64,000 nucleotides of DNA, from positions 372,001-436,000 of the forward strand of contig NW_027191471.1 in assembly GCF_011745625.1 (NCBI RefSeq), given 5' to 3'. The stretch comes from Cladosporium halotolerans. Its lineage: Eukaryota. Below the pieces are notes generated by a model. The model ran no database searches. It was not told where the DNA came from and saw only the letters and a list, made by a program, of their open reading frames with translations. Position numbers and translations under genes: made by a program. This document shows positions 50,452 to 64,000 of the stretch, piece after piece; position 1 is the stretch's first letter; each line of letters begins with the position of its first letter.

Positions 50452-51888
50452 TTGACAAGATCGCCATATTACTCAACATGGTCTATCTTGCTTGCCAGAC
50501 AGCCAAACGGAATAATCTCTCGATCTCAACGAGACCTGTACAAACCTAATGGGCACTGCACGCTTCTGCTACGAGAAACCGCAAATACTCATCGGGTTAG
50601 TAGCGATACGCGGCACTAGTACTGTGTGGTCCATGGTCTTCACAGAAGTCCGCAAATACCCGACCTTTCTAACGACAGATATAACGACATCTCCCAACAA
50701 CGATCAGTCCTGCGGGGAGCACTGGAAAGCAGCACTGAAAACCTGATCCCTTCACATCACTATCAGCAACATCATCACCGATCGACGGGAGGCTTATATA
50801 CCCCCCTCTCCTCCCTCGATTCAAAACACATTTGTGCATTTTGCGGTCAAGGAAGTACGAAAAATCCGGGGTTTCTATGCATGGCATGCAGGAAGCGTGC
50901 TTGACAAAAAGGTACGATTTTGTGGATGCGAATTCTTCCCTATCCCCATTCCCCCCTTCCCTGCGAGGCGTTTTTTGCGATCGGGTCCGCAGCTTTACCG
51001 CCGCGCCCGCAAACGTTCATGAGGAGGTCTTGTTTTCTTTTTGCGGTCCTTGACGATGGGGAAACGAAGATGTCTTCATGCTCTTGTTTTGGGTGGGAAG
51101 AGCTCGCGCGGCGTGGGGATTGATTTTTGGGTCAGAGGTCACTTTTTTCGGTCTTTTGTTGTACGACTACATTCGGTGCTCGAAGGAAATGTCAATACCT
51201 AGCGGTAGTGCGAGCGTGTGTGAATAGTAGGAATCGATTCTTTGTCTTCATCCTTCGCCCTTCAATGGTCACGTGCTTGAAGGAGGGTGAGCAGTACCAT
51301 CAAGAAAGCTTCCGGCGCGCTGGACTCCAAAGCCCATCGGCAGCCACGCCGGCACTTCGGGCCCGCGGACGCCGAGTCGCATTCGAAGATTCATATCGCC
51401 GCCCTGCCAAGGCTATAGCTGCCGGTTTGATGTCTTGACATTGTCGTGATTTCTCTCCCTAGTCCTCTCTAGACACTCTTCTCAATTTGCCTCTCCGATC
51501 TGTTGTCTTCGGATTTGACAAACTGCGCTGTTTCTTCCAGCCGCTGTGCGTTGAGTTGGCCGGGTCGTCACTCCAAGCCTCGAAGCCGAAGTTCCCATTG
51601 GCCCGTTCTTGGCCGGGTCGTCATTTGGCATTTGGGAGGGCGTCATTTTGCTTTAGGACCACGACTTCGAGACGGTTGCTTATGAATCCGTGTTGCTGAA
51701 GGGAGAAGGAGAGTATAGGTGGAAGAGGGTATATCTATCTGGTCTGCGTCCATTTTTTGGAAATATCGGGGCTCATCAAGTCGTCGACCACAGCGTCGGA
51801 TCATACCTTACATTGGAGCTTACATTGGAGACTACCTCTCTATTTCGCCTGAGCGATCTAATACAAGTACTTTGGAGGTTTCGATACC

Positions 51889-53522
51889 ATGTCTCAATCA
51901 TCTGAGGTTGTGGCAAACAACGCGGTCATGGACCGCAACCAAGACATCGACCCGGCGACGATCGAAGGCGAATCAGAAAAGGCACGCATCGAGCGCCTAG
52001 GCCGCTCGCGACCAGAGAAGCTGGGCTCCGCATGGAAGGAATTCGGTTTTATCTTCTCAGTCACAATGGCCCAGCTTCTGACCGAGTACTTCGTCTCCGG
52101 TTTCGTAGTTCTTGTCCCGACGGTCACAAGAGCACTTGACATCCCAGCCGCATCCGCGACCTGGCCCGCCAGTGCCTTCTCGCTCGTCGTTTCGTCCTTC
52201 CTGATTCCTTTCGGCCGTCTGGCAGACATCTATGGTGGATTCCCTGTCTATCTGGCAGGGTGCCTGTGGACAGCCATCTGGTCACTCATCGGCGGCTTCT
52301 CCCAGAACGAGCTCATGCTGGATTTCTGCCGTGCTATCCAGGGATTGGGCCCGGCGGCGTACCTACCTGCGAGCCTTACCTTGCTGGGCAGCATGTACAG
52401 ACCTGGGCCGAGGAAGAACCTCGTCTTTAGCGTCTATGGTTCTATGGCGCCGCTGGGCTTCTTCGTTGGCATCTTCTTCGCCGGCGTCGCTGGAGAGTAT
52501 GCCGGCTGGCAGTGGTATTTCTACATCGGCGCCATCCTGACGTTCTTGACCGCCGTCGTGGCGTATTTCACCATACCGTCGGATCACCAAGAGCGCAAGA
52601 ACAACGGAGTCAAGATGGACTGGTACGGCACCGCAGCGGTGGTCTCCGGCCTAATTCTGGTCGTCTTTGCAATCACGCAGTCCAGCCATGCTTCCGACGG
52701 ATGGGCAACGCCATACATCCCAGTCACGCTCGTTTTGGGTATTCTGATGTTAGGCGTGGCATTCTACGTCGAGGGCTGGATCGCAGAGCAGCCACTTCTG
52801 CCGTTCGAGGTCTTCAGGATCAAGTATATGCGTCCGTTCATCCTCGCACTGCTCTTCGCTTACGGCACACTGGGCATCTACTTGCTCTACGCCACATACT
52901 AGTAAGTTCAACACACACGGCATGACAGCGAGAACGATCATTGACTTAGCTCCTTAATAGCATCACAAACATCATGGGCGCCAGCCCAATGCAAGTGGTC
53001 GCGTGGTACGTTCCCATGGCCGTCGGCGGCTGCATACTGGCGGGCGTCGGCGCCTTGATCCTGCACCGCATCCCCGGCACGTTTCTCGCCGTTCTCACAT
53101 GCCTGGCGATCATCGTCGACAGCTTGCTGTTCGCGATCGCACCAGAGGACGCCGGCTACTGGGCCTGGGTGTTCCCGGCGATGATCTGCGCGACTTTGGC
53201 AATCGACCTGATTTTCAGCGTGGCGAACATCTTCCTCAGCAGTACGCTGCCTGCGCGGCAGCAGGGCCTTGCGGGCGGGCTGGCGAATGCGCTGCTGCAG
53301 CTGAGCATTGCCATTTTGCTGGGGTTTTCGGACATCATTGCCGCGTTCACCAGCTATCAGGGCGAAAAGCAGAGTTACAAGAATGTCTTCTGGTTTGAGC
53401 TGGCGTGTGGCGCCGCAGCTTTGGTGATATTTGTTGGATTCGTGAGAATTGATAGCGCGAAGAGCGATTTGACTGCGGATGAAAAGGAGGCGTTGGCTAG
53501 AGAGGCTGAGCCCTCTGCGTGA
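51889..53522 (+). CDS. MFS drug:H+ antiporter (DHA2, 14-TM type); join(51889..52901,52961..53522)
   Basis: FGRLADIYGG motif A; YRPGPRKN; MDWYG; EQPLLP; one intron. Confidence 0.88.
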
Positions 53523-54202
53523 TTGTGTCGGAGCATAGCATAGCGGCTGTTCGTATCGCGATTATTGATATTATCATGTGTTTCGTTTCCGCGGTGGTCG
53601 AGACCCGGAAAGTTGTACACTTGTCGGCTTGCGCGTCGGCCGCGTCCGGGGTACATGTGCCTTGTACCGGGTCATGCGCTCATTGTTATTTCGCAGGAGG
53701 AAATGAAGTGAAGCCGGAGTCATTTGCAAGTATATAGGACTCGTCGTTAATGCAATTACTGTGCGCATGTCATGTCGCTCAGCAAAAAGACCAAACAATA
53801 AATGCGCCCTCCCACGCGATCGGCGTGTTGTGGCCGCTCAGCAAATCAGGAGACGCCAAGCGGGGCCCTGAGGGAGGCACGGCCGCTTGAATCCAACGTT
53901 GCCCTTGTGCGTGCGCCTTCACCGATAGCAGCCGGTGCCTCGACCACCCAACTGCCAACTCCATCCCATCCCAACACCACCGCCGCACCACTCATACCGA
54001 GGATCAGCAGTGTCACACTTGGTGAGTCCGCTCCGCTCCCCCGAACCTGATGCCTGCCGGCCACTGCGCACCGCCGCCCGCCGTCGACGTTCTGGCTACC
54101 TGTCAGCGCGCATGGAAAGGGACACATATGCGACATGCCTCCAGGCAGGCGTATTCACCTCGCTCCGCATATGAAAAGCACATGCCAGACAATGGGCGCT
54201 GA

Positions 54203-55059
<857 letters not shown>

Positions 55060-55784
55060 AGTCGCAGCGGCGCCGCGATCCCGCCCACGCACAAACCGCG
55101 CGAAAACCATCACGTTCGATCACGAGAAGCGCGCGAGCCGAGAATACGTGCGCACGCGAAACCCTTTTAGAACAAACACGTTACGATGAAAGCATTCTTC
55201 TTGCGATTCGCGGAGGAAAGGGGAGGTGAAGGAGGTCTGAGACCTCTCTTTTCGAGGGGACAGTAGCGGAAGGCGGAAGATGGGAGAAGTCATTGTTTGC
55301 CGAGAGAATGGGAAAGGGCGGTCTGGGAATCGGGTTGTGTATGCTAGGGCGTCTCGATGCGATTATCCTTGCGAAATACGGCTGCGATTTTCACGTTTTT
55401 TTCGATAAAATGCAATACCATTCTCGTCTTCTTTTGAACAGGCACTCCTCCCAGGCGACCTAGTGTGACAGCACACCACACTTGACAGAGCGGACTGAGT
55501 CGTTGGGGGTTCGAGGGACGCACGAGGCTTTTCGCTGGGTTGGGGCGCGCTCGTCCTCGCTCTCAGCACTGGATCTGGTCTATCACCACATGCCAACGCC
55601 GACCGTCACTCGATTGCAGGATCACAGGACCTTGAATAGTCCATTCCTTGGACATGCGACTGGACTTGCTCAGGAGTTCTAATCCCCTTCGTACGATCAC
55701 ACAAATGGCAGTCTGCGATCAAGGCAGACATCGATCTCTCGCTGAAGGCTGACCCGGCCCAGCTTAACCAGCAACAGATCTCAC

Positions 55785-57509
55785 TCACACCCGCGCCATC
55801 CACTTCACCAATCCTTTCCCACATTTCACAGTGGACCTCCATAGCCATCCTGTCTGCAAGCTTCCGCTCACGAACCCGAACGTCATCAGCGCCGCCCAAC
55901 TCAGGACCAAGACCAAACTGAAGGCGACCCAGAACTGGCCGACGGTGTATTCCATGTTTCCCAGCGGGACGCTGAAGTATGCCATGACGAGGCTCGCCGG
56001 CAAGAACAGGATCGTGAACTTCGTCAGCAGGAGCGTGATGCGGGTCAGATGCTCGACATCGAGAGACTCTTTAAGTGTCAGGAGGGAGAAGTTCTGTAGG
56101 TTTTCGTCAGCGAACCGGTATTCTGGGCCCCTAATCCGCTCGCGGTGGCTTACCAATGACACGAGCGACTCCTTCTGCTTCAGATACTCCTCAATCTCAT
56201 TGAGCGCGTACAAATCCATCAGGTCCCGCAACCGTGCGAACCTCACCCTCGCCGGCGAACTCAGCGACACGCCCAACATACTCCGCTTCTCCATCACAAT
56301 TCCAATACCTCTCACCGTATCCACACTCCCAGAATCGCTACTATTACTCACAACCCTGGAGTTCTCCAGACTGGCAGTCGTAGGCGCCAACGGCTCCAGC
56401 ATTCGATCGATAAGGCGATTGTAGGCCTCATAATGACGGCGCAGCACGCCGAGCTCCTTGCCTATCCGATCCAGACGGTCGATATGCGCCAGCTTCGGCG
56501 CAGCGAGCATGTCTCTACGCAGCGAAGAGAGCTCCGTGCCGTACCGGCTTTCCTTGCGGGTGATTAGCGTATAGCTATTGTGCCAATTCTCGAACAAGTA
56601 GTAGAGCAGCAAGCCTGGGGTGTCAGAGGCGCGGTGCGCGGATTCCTCGCGCGTGTCGCCGAGGCGGGAGCGGAGGGGCAGCAGAGTCATTGGGTTGCGG
56701 GCGTTGATGGGGTCCGAGTCGATGAGGGAGAGCGAGCGGAAGACGTTCGTCTGGTTGCGCCGGGTTTCGTGGAAGATGCGGAGCTGCATGGGCGAGAGGA
56801 GATTGGTGGAGGCGTAGGGGAAGGGGTCTTCGTTGATGCCGATGACGGTCTTGTCTGTTGTCAGAAGAAGCCAGGTCCAGACGCGGTGGCAGTGGGGGAG
56901 GTGGCCTTCGTCGAAGACGTCGCAGTCGTCGTCGGCGGAGGTGGTGAGCTTCGTCCCGTAGAGGGAGTTGTAGCCTAGGCAGACGTAGTTGCGGCCAAAG
57001 TCGATGCTGGAGTAGTGCCAGAGGTCGTTGGCGATGCGGTAGATGTTGCCGCCTCTGCTCGACTCGTGGCTGATCATTGATACATGGTCGGATAGCTCGT
57101 CTGAGCCTCTGCTGCTCTCTGTGTCGGTTGAGGAGGAATGAGGGCTGTTCTTCCATAGCTTGCGTGCTTTACGCTGTGGTCTGTGACTCGACGCAGAAAC
57201 TTGCGGTTGCATCGGATCAGAGCACATCAGCCCAAGCAGCCGTGGTGAGAAATCGTACAGTCTTGCGAGCGTCTCGATCAACTGCTTCTGTCGCTGCGGA
57301 TACCAAATGTTGATCCATCTCGCGTTGACGTTCGCCGGACGTTCATGGTCCAACACCTCTTCAAAGCTGGAGTGACTCAAATTGAACGCTACATGGGCAC
57401 TCTCTTCTCCAAAGTCGAGAATGAAGTTCTTCGTGGCAGCGTCCCGGGTTTGGTCGATGAGTTCATCGGCGATCTCGTCGTCGTCGAGGTTTTCGAAAAC
57501 GATACTCAT
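55785..57509 (-). CDS. CorA-like fungal protein with two C-terminal TM helices; in-frame intron at about 56096..56152
   Basis: Long soluble region and helical stalk (ELGVLRRHYEAY), then LTRITLLLTKFTILFLPASLVMAYFS TM1 and a second TM helix. Confidence 0.7.
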   Translation of the reverse strand: MSIVFENLDDDEIADELIDQTRDAATKNFILDFGEESAHVAFNLSHSSFEEVLDHERPANVNARWINIWYPQRQKQLIETLARLYDFSPRLLGLMCSDPMQPQVSASSHRPQRKARKLWKNSPHSSSTDTESSRGSDELSDHVSMISHESSRGGNIYRIANDLWHYSSIDFGRNYVCLGYNSLYGTKLTTSADDDCDVFDEGHLPHCHRVWTWLLLTTDKTVIGINEDPFPYASTNLLSPMQLRIFHETRRNQTNVFRSLSLIDSDPINARNPMTLLPLRSRLGDTREESAHRASDTPGLLLYYLFENWHNSYTLITRKESRYGTELSSLRRDMLAAPKLAHIDRLDRIGKELGVLRRHYEAYNRLIDRMLEPLAPTTASLENSRVVSNSSDSGSVDTVRGIGIVMEKRSMLGVSLSSPARVRFARLRDLMDLYALNEIEEYLKQKESLVSLVSHRERIRGPEYRFADENLQNFSLLTLKESLDVEHLTRITLLLTKFTILFLPASLVMAYFSVPLGNMEYTVGQFWVAFSLVLVLSWAALMTFGFVSGSLQTGWLWRSTVKCGKGLVKWMARV

Positions 57510-58174
57510 TCTATCTCACTTTGTTAACAGGGTTGCGATATTCTCAGAGTGACTTTTTGATGTAGCGAGCAGAAGACCGTGGACAATATTTAGAAAATAG
57601 AACATTTTGGTAGAGAAGAAAGATCTATTTGCAAGGTTGAAGCCAGGTGCATAGAGTACAAAAAAGGTCTCACCGCGACAGCAGGTGTGATCATAACGTG
57701 TGTTTCGAGATCAATAGATGTCGCCTGCCATAGACCACGTTACTCTTGCTTGACATCGCGTGCTGATCATGTGCTTTGCTCGCATGAGGCTTTGCAAGCC
57801 GGAGCCGAGACACAAGCTTCAGCTACAGCACCGTTAAGCAACAGCTCTGTGACTCAGGATCCCATTACTCGTTCTCCATGTCTGTGCCATGAAACGGAAA
57901 CTCATGAAAGATGTTCGACTTCTTCTCGCTATCTGGTCTCTTTTTATAGTATGCCAGCGATCCTTTAGGTGGTACTTATTCTTCCATTAATTTCACTGCC
58001 CCTCCCCCCTCACAGCGTCAACGAAATACAAAGGTTGTCCTACTTTAAGTCCCAACCTCTGTGAAGATCTTGGTTGTTCCGGCTTGTGGGCCACGTAATT
58101 GATCACACCGACTCAAGCTACTTTGTTTCTGCTGTGCACGCGCGAGTGCTTTACATCCGACGGAGGCACCCAAG

Positions 58175-58903
58175 ATGCTCGATACCTTCTACCAAGTTGT
58201 CACGATTCCCAAGCTCCTCGACATTTCGGCGGAACACAGCCATTTGGTAGCTTTAGCAATCAAAAGCCGGGAGTTCAGACTGTTCGCCTTGAAGGAATCA
58301 CCTGGTGCCTTCGCCTCTAGCTACGAGGATGAGGCCCAGCGTGGTCTTGATCACACGATTGAGCGATTGACAAACGACAAGGCCACAGCATTTGTTGCGA
58401 TCTCAACAGATCATGGGATGGAATGCGATGCAGTCCATGAGGCAGACGTTGATACTTTTGTGGAGAGCGAATGGCTCGGCTTCATCGTCCTGTTGGGTCC
58501 TCAAACCTCAAGCAACACCTCTGCAAAGGCCGATCCGTTCAACTCGTTGACCGCTGCTGGCGTAACGAGGGAGAATAATAGGGAGATGGGATATGTGCAT
58601 TTTCATCTCAATGGGATGTTCGTTCACCCGTCTGCTAGGCGACTTGGGTTAGGTATGCGTCTGATCAAGGCAGCGCTGGAGAAAGCCAGAATCATAGCCG
58701 CTCGTTCTGAAAACGGCATACATTGCACCATCATCGTCGATGAATGGAACCAAAGCGCAAAAAAGTTGTATGAGCGTTGCGGATTTCATGTCGCGTGTAA
58801 GGAAACGTATGGCAAAGATCGTATTGCCTTGAGGATGGAGTTGAGACAGCCAGCTCAGGGAGAGAAAGGCGGATGCGAGGGAGCTAAGATCATCGGTGCC
58901 TGA
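58175..58903 (+). CDS. GNAT-family acetyltransferase
   Basis: RLFALKESPGAFASSYEDE; motif A MFVHPSARRLGLG; N..A.KLYERCGF. Confidence 0.88.
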   Translation: MLDTFYQVVTIPKLLDISAEHSHLVALAIKSREFRLFALKESPGAFASSYEDEAQRGLDHTIERLTNDKATAFVAISTDHGMECDAVHEADVDTFVESEWLGFIVLLGPQTSSNTSAKADPFNSLTAAGVTRENNREMGYVHFHLNGMFVHPSARRLGLGMRLIKAALEKARIIAARSENGIHCTIIVDEWNQSAKKLYERCGFHVACKETYGKDRIALRMELRQPAQGEKGGCEGAKIIGA

Positions 58904-59234
58904 CACAGCGGTTCACGAGGCGAGGAATCGTTATGTGCATCATTTTCGGCATGGCAGTTCACTAAGATCATGCGTCCAGGTCTCATGGCGGCTGGTAGTC
59001 GCCTCCCAAACTTGATGCCTGAAATCTGGCTGCCCCGGGTTTCAGGCAAACTTCCGCCACCGCCATCCATAACCGGAATAGCGTATCCGAACACTTGGCG
59101 CCCCACGCCGCCTCAGAAATCTCTCTTTGCTGGTATACCGACGACGAGGCCTCTCTCTTCCGCCACCACCAACTAACGCCAAGCCGTACCAATAACTACC
59201 CGCAGGGAATTATTGGAAGACCAACACCGCCATC

Positions 59235-59956
59235 ATGTCGAAGATCACGGTCGCTGGCGTGCGTCAGAACGTGCAGGAGCTGCTCAAGTACAGCAATGAG
59301 GAGAAGAAGCGCAACTTCCTCGAGACCGTCGAGCTCCAGATCGGCCTCAAGAACTACGACCCGCAGCGTGACAAGCGTTTCTCCGGCACCGTCAAGCTCC
59401 CCAAGGTCCCCCGCCCGAACATGGCCATCTGCATTCTCGGAGACCAGCACGACATCGACCGTGCGAAGCACGGTGGTGTTGACGCCATGTCCGCTGAGGA
59501 CCTGAAGAAGCTCAACAAGAACAAGAAGCTCATCAAGAAGCTGGCGCGCAAGTACGACGCTTTCGTCGCCTCCGACTCCCTCATCAAGCAGATCCCCCGT
59601 CTCTTGGGTCCGGGTCTCTCCAAGGGTAAGCGCACACCGCCAGAATGGAAAGACAAACACTCAGCAGAACAAACCCACTGACACTCCCTCTAGCCGGCAA
59701 GTTCCCCACCCCGGTCTCCCACAACGAGGATCTGTCCGCCAAGATCACCGAGGTCAAGTCCACCATCAAGTTCCAGCTCAAGAAGGTTCTGTGCATGGGT
59801 GTCGCCGTCGGCAACGTCGACATGACCGACGAGGAGCTCGTCGGCAACGTCATGCTGTCCATCAACTACCTCGTCTCCCTGCTCAAGAAGGGCTGGCAGA
59901 ACGTCGGCTCCCTCACCCTCAAGGCCTCCATGAGCCCGCCCCGCCGTCTGTACTAG
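59235..59956 (+). CDS. RPL1: 60S ribosomal protein uL1 (L1/L10a); join(59235..59625,59694..59956)
   Basis: [46 protein letters not shown]. Confidence 0.97.
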
Positions 59957-60266
59957 ACGCTTCGACGGTTTATGAGTGAGGAAGCCACGCGCGGATACCC
60001 CCGAATTTTTTTGGGCTTGGGATGGGTCTAGCTAGAGTACTGCACTTTCTCGCCTTGATTGGCTGAGGAAGGAGGAAATTGAGCTGCACGTTCTTCTCCC
60101 AATCTCTTGCATTCATTGTGAGGTGTGAAAATGCCGTGTGATGATGCGTGACATGTCACGTTTCTCATATGTGACTGGACATGCGACTCGCTGAGAACCA
60201 TGTAAAGATGACGTGAACTACAATTGCGTATATCGATATGCTACATGAAGTAGAATCATGTCATCA

Positions 60267-62420
60267 TCACTCCCCAAACACACTCCTAAACGTCCCCTCA
60301 TCCGCCCTCTGCCCCTCCAACGCCTCATTCTTCTCCGCATCAACCTGCTGTCGCTCTTCCCTCGGCTCAACAACCTGCTCACCACCATCGCCATCCCCTC
60401 CCTCCGTGCCCCCGCTCGCAAACTTCGGCAGACTGAAATTCGCATGCATCATCATGCGATCCAACGCAGCCTTACTGACCAAATCCCCACTGCCGCCCGC
60501 CGCCTCGCCTCCCCCGGCAGACTCATTCGCAGGATCCACGCCCGTGCTCGCAGGCGGCTTGACGCCGAAGCGCTTGCAGAGCAGCCGCGTCGGGTAGAAG
60601 AGGTGCCTCGAGCGCGTCAGCGGGCCGTACATGCCTGCTTTGGCAGCCTCTTCGGCGGGCTCGAGAGTCTTTGCCTGCGGCTCCGCGGGCGCGTCGGGGG
60701 CGTCGGTCGCGAGCTTTGGTTTTGCTGACGAGGAGGTGAAGCGCGTGGCCATGAGGCCGGAGATGGGCTTGAAGACTTGCGCGGCCTGCGCGAACTCGCG
60801 CAGCTCTTTGGCCCAGTCTTCTGCGGACCAGGAGGCGGGGCGCGGGGACAGGCTGGAGGAGAGGCCCGCGCGGAGGGTCAGGAAGGCGGTGTAGCGGGTG
60901 CGTTTGTCGGGATCTTCGCCGTACGGCATCCAGCCGCTGTGGCCGCGGTGGAGGGCTGCGGAGGCGGTTGCCGGGTCGAGGGCGGGGATGAGGTCCCAGA
61001 GGCTGCGGGTGGTGGCTGTGGTGTTGCTGGATTCGAAGCCGGCTGGGGCGCCTTCGCCGCGCGCTTGGGGTAGGTCTGAGCGGCCGCTGGCGGAGGCGAG
61101 TTTGTCTCGTGCTGCTGGTTTGATGAAGTCGAAGATGGATTTTCCGGGGAGAGGGGCTTCGCCTAGGAGGGCGGAGCGAGCTTTGGGGTCGAGAGAGGAC
61201 GCTTTCGCGGCGTCTGAGGTGGACTGGAAAGTACTGGGTTGTACATCGAACTTGGTGACTCGCTTCGGCTTCCAGCCTGGTGGGACTGTCGGTGGTGGAA
61301 AACGATTTTCGACGTGGATGAGCAGCGGCTTAGTAGACAGGATGAATCCGTCTAAGGGCAGGCGACCGTCGTGACATCTTCGGAAGCCTTCTAATGTACT
61401 TCCTGGTCGCTGAGCTGTCAGGCGAGATGATGTGAAGGTTGGTCGCTGAGTAGAAGTGCTTGCGACGAGACCGCCCCTGCGCTTCTTCTTGTCCCCTCCG
61501 ATGATCTTGCTGTAATTGATTGCCGGGCCAATCGCATACGGGTCTTCGTCGTCAGAGCCAGTGTCGTTCAGAACACCCACACCGAAAGAAGACTTCTTCG
61601 GCTTCTTTGGTTTGGCCAGTAGTTTGGAGCGGTTCGCAGAAAGTATTCGCGCATCGGCATCACTGTCATCGTCGTCGCTCGCTTGTCGGCCTCCAAGACC
61701 GTCAAGGCTCCCTTCTCCAGCGAAACCAAGGCCTTTCTTGTCCGTCTTCTTCCTAAACGCAATCATGCGCGTATTCTCAGGCGCGAAGAGATGTGTTTCG
61801 CCTGTCTTGTCGCCTTGCGCCCTCCTTCTCACTCGCGCTCCCACGCCTTGTCCCTGTCGCCAGCCCATACGCTGCAGCAGCTTGATGCCCATAGTGTCGC
61901 CCGTTGTCTTGAACAAGTCAGAGAACATGCCTTTTGCGCCTCCATCTCCTGACTTCGAGCCTAGACCGGCGAAGCTGCCTTGCGTCTCCAATTGCTGAGC
62001 CTCTGCTCTTTCAGCAAGATCTTCCTCATCCATGAAATCTTCTGGACGGGCTTGCTGGCGCTGCTTTCCATCCTGCTGGCTTTGGTTGCGATCTTTCCTT
62101 GAAGAGACGAATGTCGACGGTGTCCAACCTTCCTTGGATCCTACCGAATTGAAATAGCTGGAATGAAAGTCAGCAATGGCCGAGTGAAAGATGTGCAGGA
62201 CATTGGGTGCTTACCCTGCGCTAAAACCTCCCGTGAATGCGCCATGCAACCTCTTCCTCCCGCGCTCGTCGGTCACTTCTTGCTTCCATACTGGCACATA
62301 GCTGCCATCGTCTCTTGCCTCGGGATCGTAGGCCGGCAAGGGCGTTCCATACAACGCGAACGGGGCGTGTTTAGGCGGACCGTCGGATTCGAATGCGGCT
62401 CTGGAGCGCTTGGAGGACAT
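60267..62420 (-). CDS. GPATCH1/Gpl1-like G-patch protein; complement(join(60267..62157,62215..62420))
   Basis: [35 protein letters not shown]-patch [25 protein letters not shown]. Confidence 0.9.
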
Positions 62421-63588
62421 GTCTTAGTGTCTGCGGCGGACTGACAGCGTTTTGCTTGAGATGGCCTGCTTGGGGGAGGAAGGGAAAGGGCAGGGCGAGC
62501 TTACCTAGCTCCAGAGTATTGGGGGTATTCACATAGCAGAGATCACGTGTAACTTAGCAGAAATCAATCATTCCCATGCGAATCATGCACTTGTTGGTGC
62601 AGTGTGTGGTCGTCGCGACGGGACGTGGAAAGTGAGCTTGTGGTGATCGCAGGCCTACTGTAAGGTTTCTGCGACTCCACGCGGGTCCAGCGAGGCGTGA
62701 CGAACGGGCAGCCTCAGGCGCGGCTTGAAGCGAGCGTTTCGACGCGGGCCGCGCAACCGCGCCAGCGCCAGCGCCAACGGCCCTTTAACGACCCCTGTGG
62801 CCAGTGCGCACGAGATCGGGGGGCGGGATGATGGAGCGGGCGAGCCCAGGAGTCGGCGGCGTCGTGGCCTGCGTGCGACTGACTGCTGCGTGTGTGTGCG
62901 TGTGTGTTGTGCCGTTTGGCTGCGTCGTCCGTCTCCCTGCTGCGAAACACCGCGTCCATCCTCCGCAGGCACGATAGCCAGCTGCTTTATCTGCCTCACA
63001 GCACCTCACTAGCGCTCGCCCACCCCGCCGGCCACCGCCAGTCCAGCGCCCAGCAGCCTCGCAGCCTCCCGCAGCACAGCCATACGCGTGCAACGGGCCC
63101 CCGTGCCCTCCTCCACCGCGACCCACGAGCCACCGCCGCGCCCTCTCCACCCACCTGCCGACTGCTGCACCGCCGCCCGTCTGCTTATACACACACACCA
63201 CCGGCCACCACCGCCCGCACGAGCCTCCGCCGCATCACTTGCCGACCCCACCGTCTGCCCATGCTTGTCGACGCGACGCCGTGCCTTTAGCCAGAGAGGA
63301 GGCGGAGCGCCTGCGCCGTCACGCCGAACCTCGACACGCCATCCTCAATCTCCCTTCCACGCCAACTATCGGCGAGCGTGCCCGCCCGCGCTACGCCATC
63401 CTGTCGACATTTGAGCTCGTCCCCTCCGCGCAATGTCCGCTGCTGCGCAGCCATCAGCGCTCCCTCGCGCACCCTCCACCCGCCGCCAGCAGCCTACTGC
63501 TTACGCAGCCCCGACCGACCGAGACCGTCCGCACCGCACCCAGAGCACGTCCTCGCGCTCGGCCGCGCCTAGCTCGCCGCGCCGCACC

Positions 63589-64000
63589 ATGTCGACCTCA
63601 CAGGCGCAGAATGCGTCTTCTCAAAGCCACTCTCGCAGTGCTTCCAACCATCTCCAGGCAGTCGCTCGTCACGATGTAGAGCAGACAAACGTGGCCCGCC
63701 CGCCCAGCTCACGACACAGCGAATCGAGGGACAGACCAATTGCAGCACAGTCAGTTGCTTCAAATGAACCTTCAAGAGCTCAGGCGAGCCAGAGCCGAGG
63801 GCACTCACGGTATAACACGGAGCAGCCGCAACCTGCCCCTTCGACTACCAACGGCAGTTCGACCCACGATAGCAGATCTGCGAACACCCAGAATATGAGG
63901 AGGAGAACGACAATAGACACCCAGACGGGCCACTGGGAGCTTGGCAAGACGATTGGAGCTGGCAGCATGGGAAAGGTGAAACTTGCTAGGAACAAGGAGA
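63589..64000 (+). CDS. KIN1: Kin1/MARK-family Ser/Thr kinase, 5' partial (runs off the window)
   Basis: Open frame from ATG 63589 to RRRTTIDTQTGHWELGKTIGAGSMGKVKLARNKE (Gly-rich loop). Confidence 0.8.
   Translation, partial: MSTSQAQNASSQSHSRSASNHLQAVARHDVEQTNVARPPSSRHSESRDRPIAAQSVASNEPSRAQASQSRGHSRYNTEQPQPAPSTTNGSSTHDSRSANTQNMRRRTTIDTQTGHWELGKTIGAGSMGKVKLARNKE

Overview
Gene-dense, intron-containing, GC-rich DNA from a filamentous ascomycete (GT..CTRAC..YAG introns; a Dothideomycete/Mycosphaerellales-like fungus is my inference). Most of the window is core genes: an HMG-box transcription factor, a LYR protein, a UBTD-type protein, a PH-domain protein, a Vsb1-like SulP-STAS-cNMP transporter, PUT2, MET14, a PhoD-like phosphatase, two MFS transporters, beta-tubulin, RCD1/CAF40, ARF1, a CorA-like protein, a GNAT, RPL1, a G-patch protein and the start of a KIN1-like kinase. 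The most interesting part is ~30.8-43.1 kb, which holds two candidate innate-immunity/cell-death modules. (1) A DUF6594-like membrane protein, a small Tudor/SH3-like coiled-coil protein and a divergent caspase-like protease. (2) An effector-less NACHT-ankyrin NLR head-to-head with an ankyrin protein; each carries one N-terminal HET-s-like amyloid motif in the same register. Non-coding oddities include an apparently spliced non-coding transcript with a highly structured intron (13.7-14.6 kb), an ~83-bp degenerate tandem array (26.9-27.5 kb), a perfect 182-bp tandem duplication and a decaying patch of cell-surface genes (6.1-8.7 kb). Family names come from motif recognition by eye, not database searches, and exon boundaries are manual predictions.
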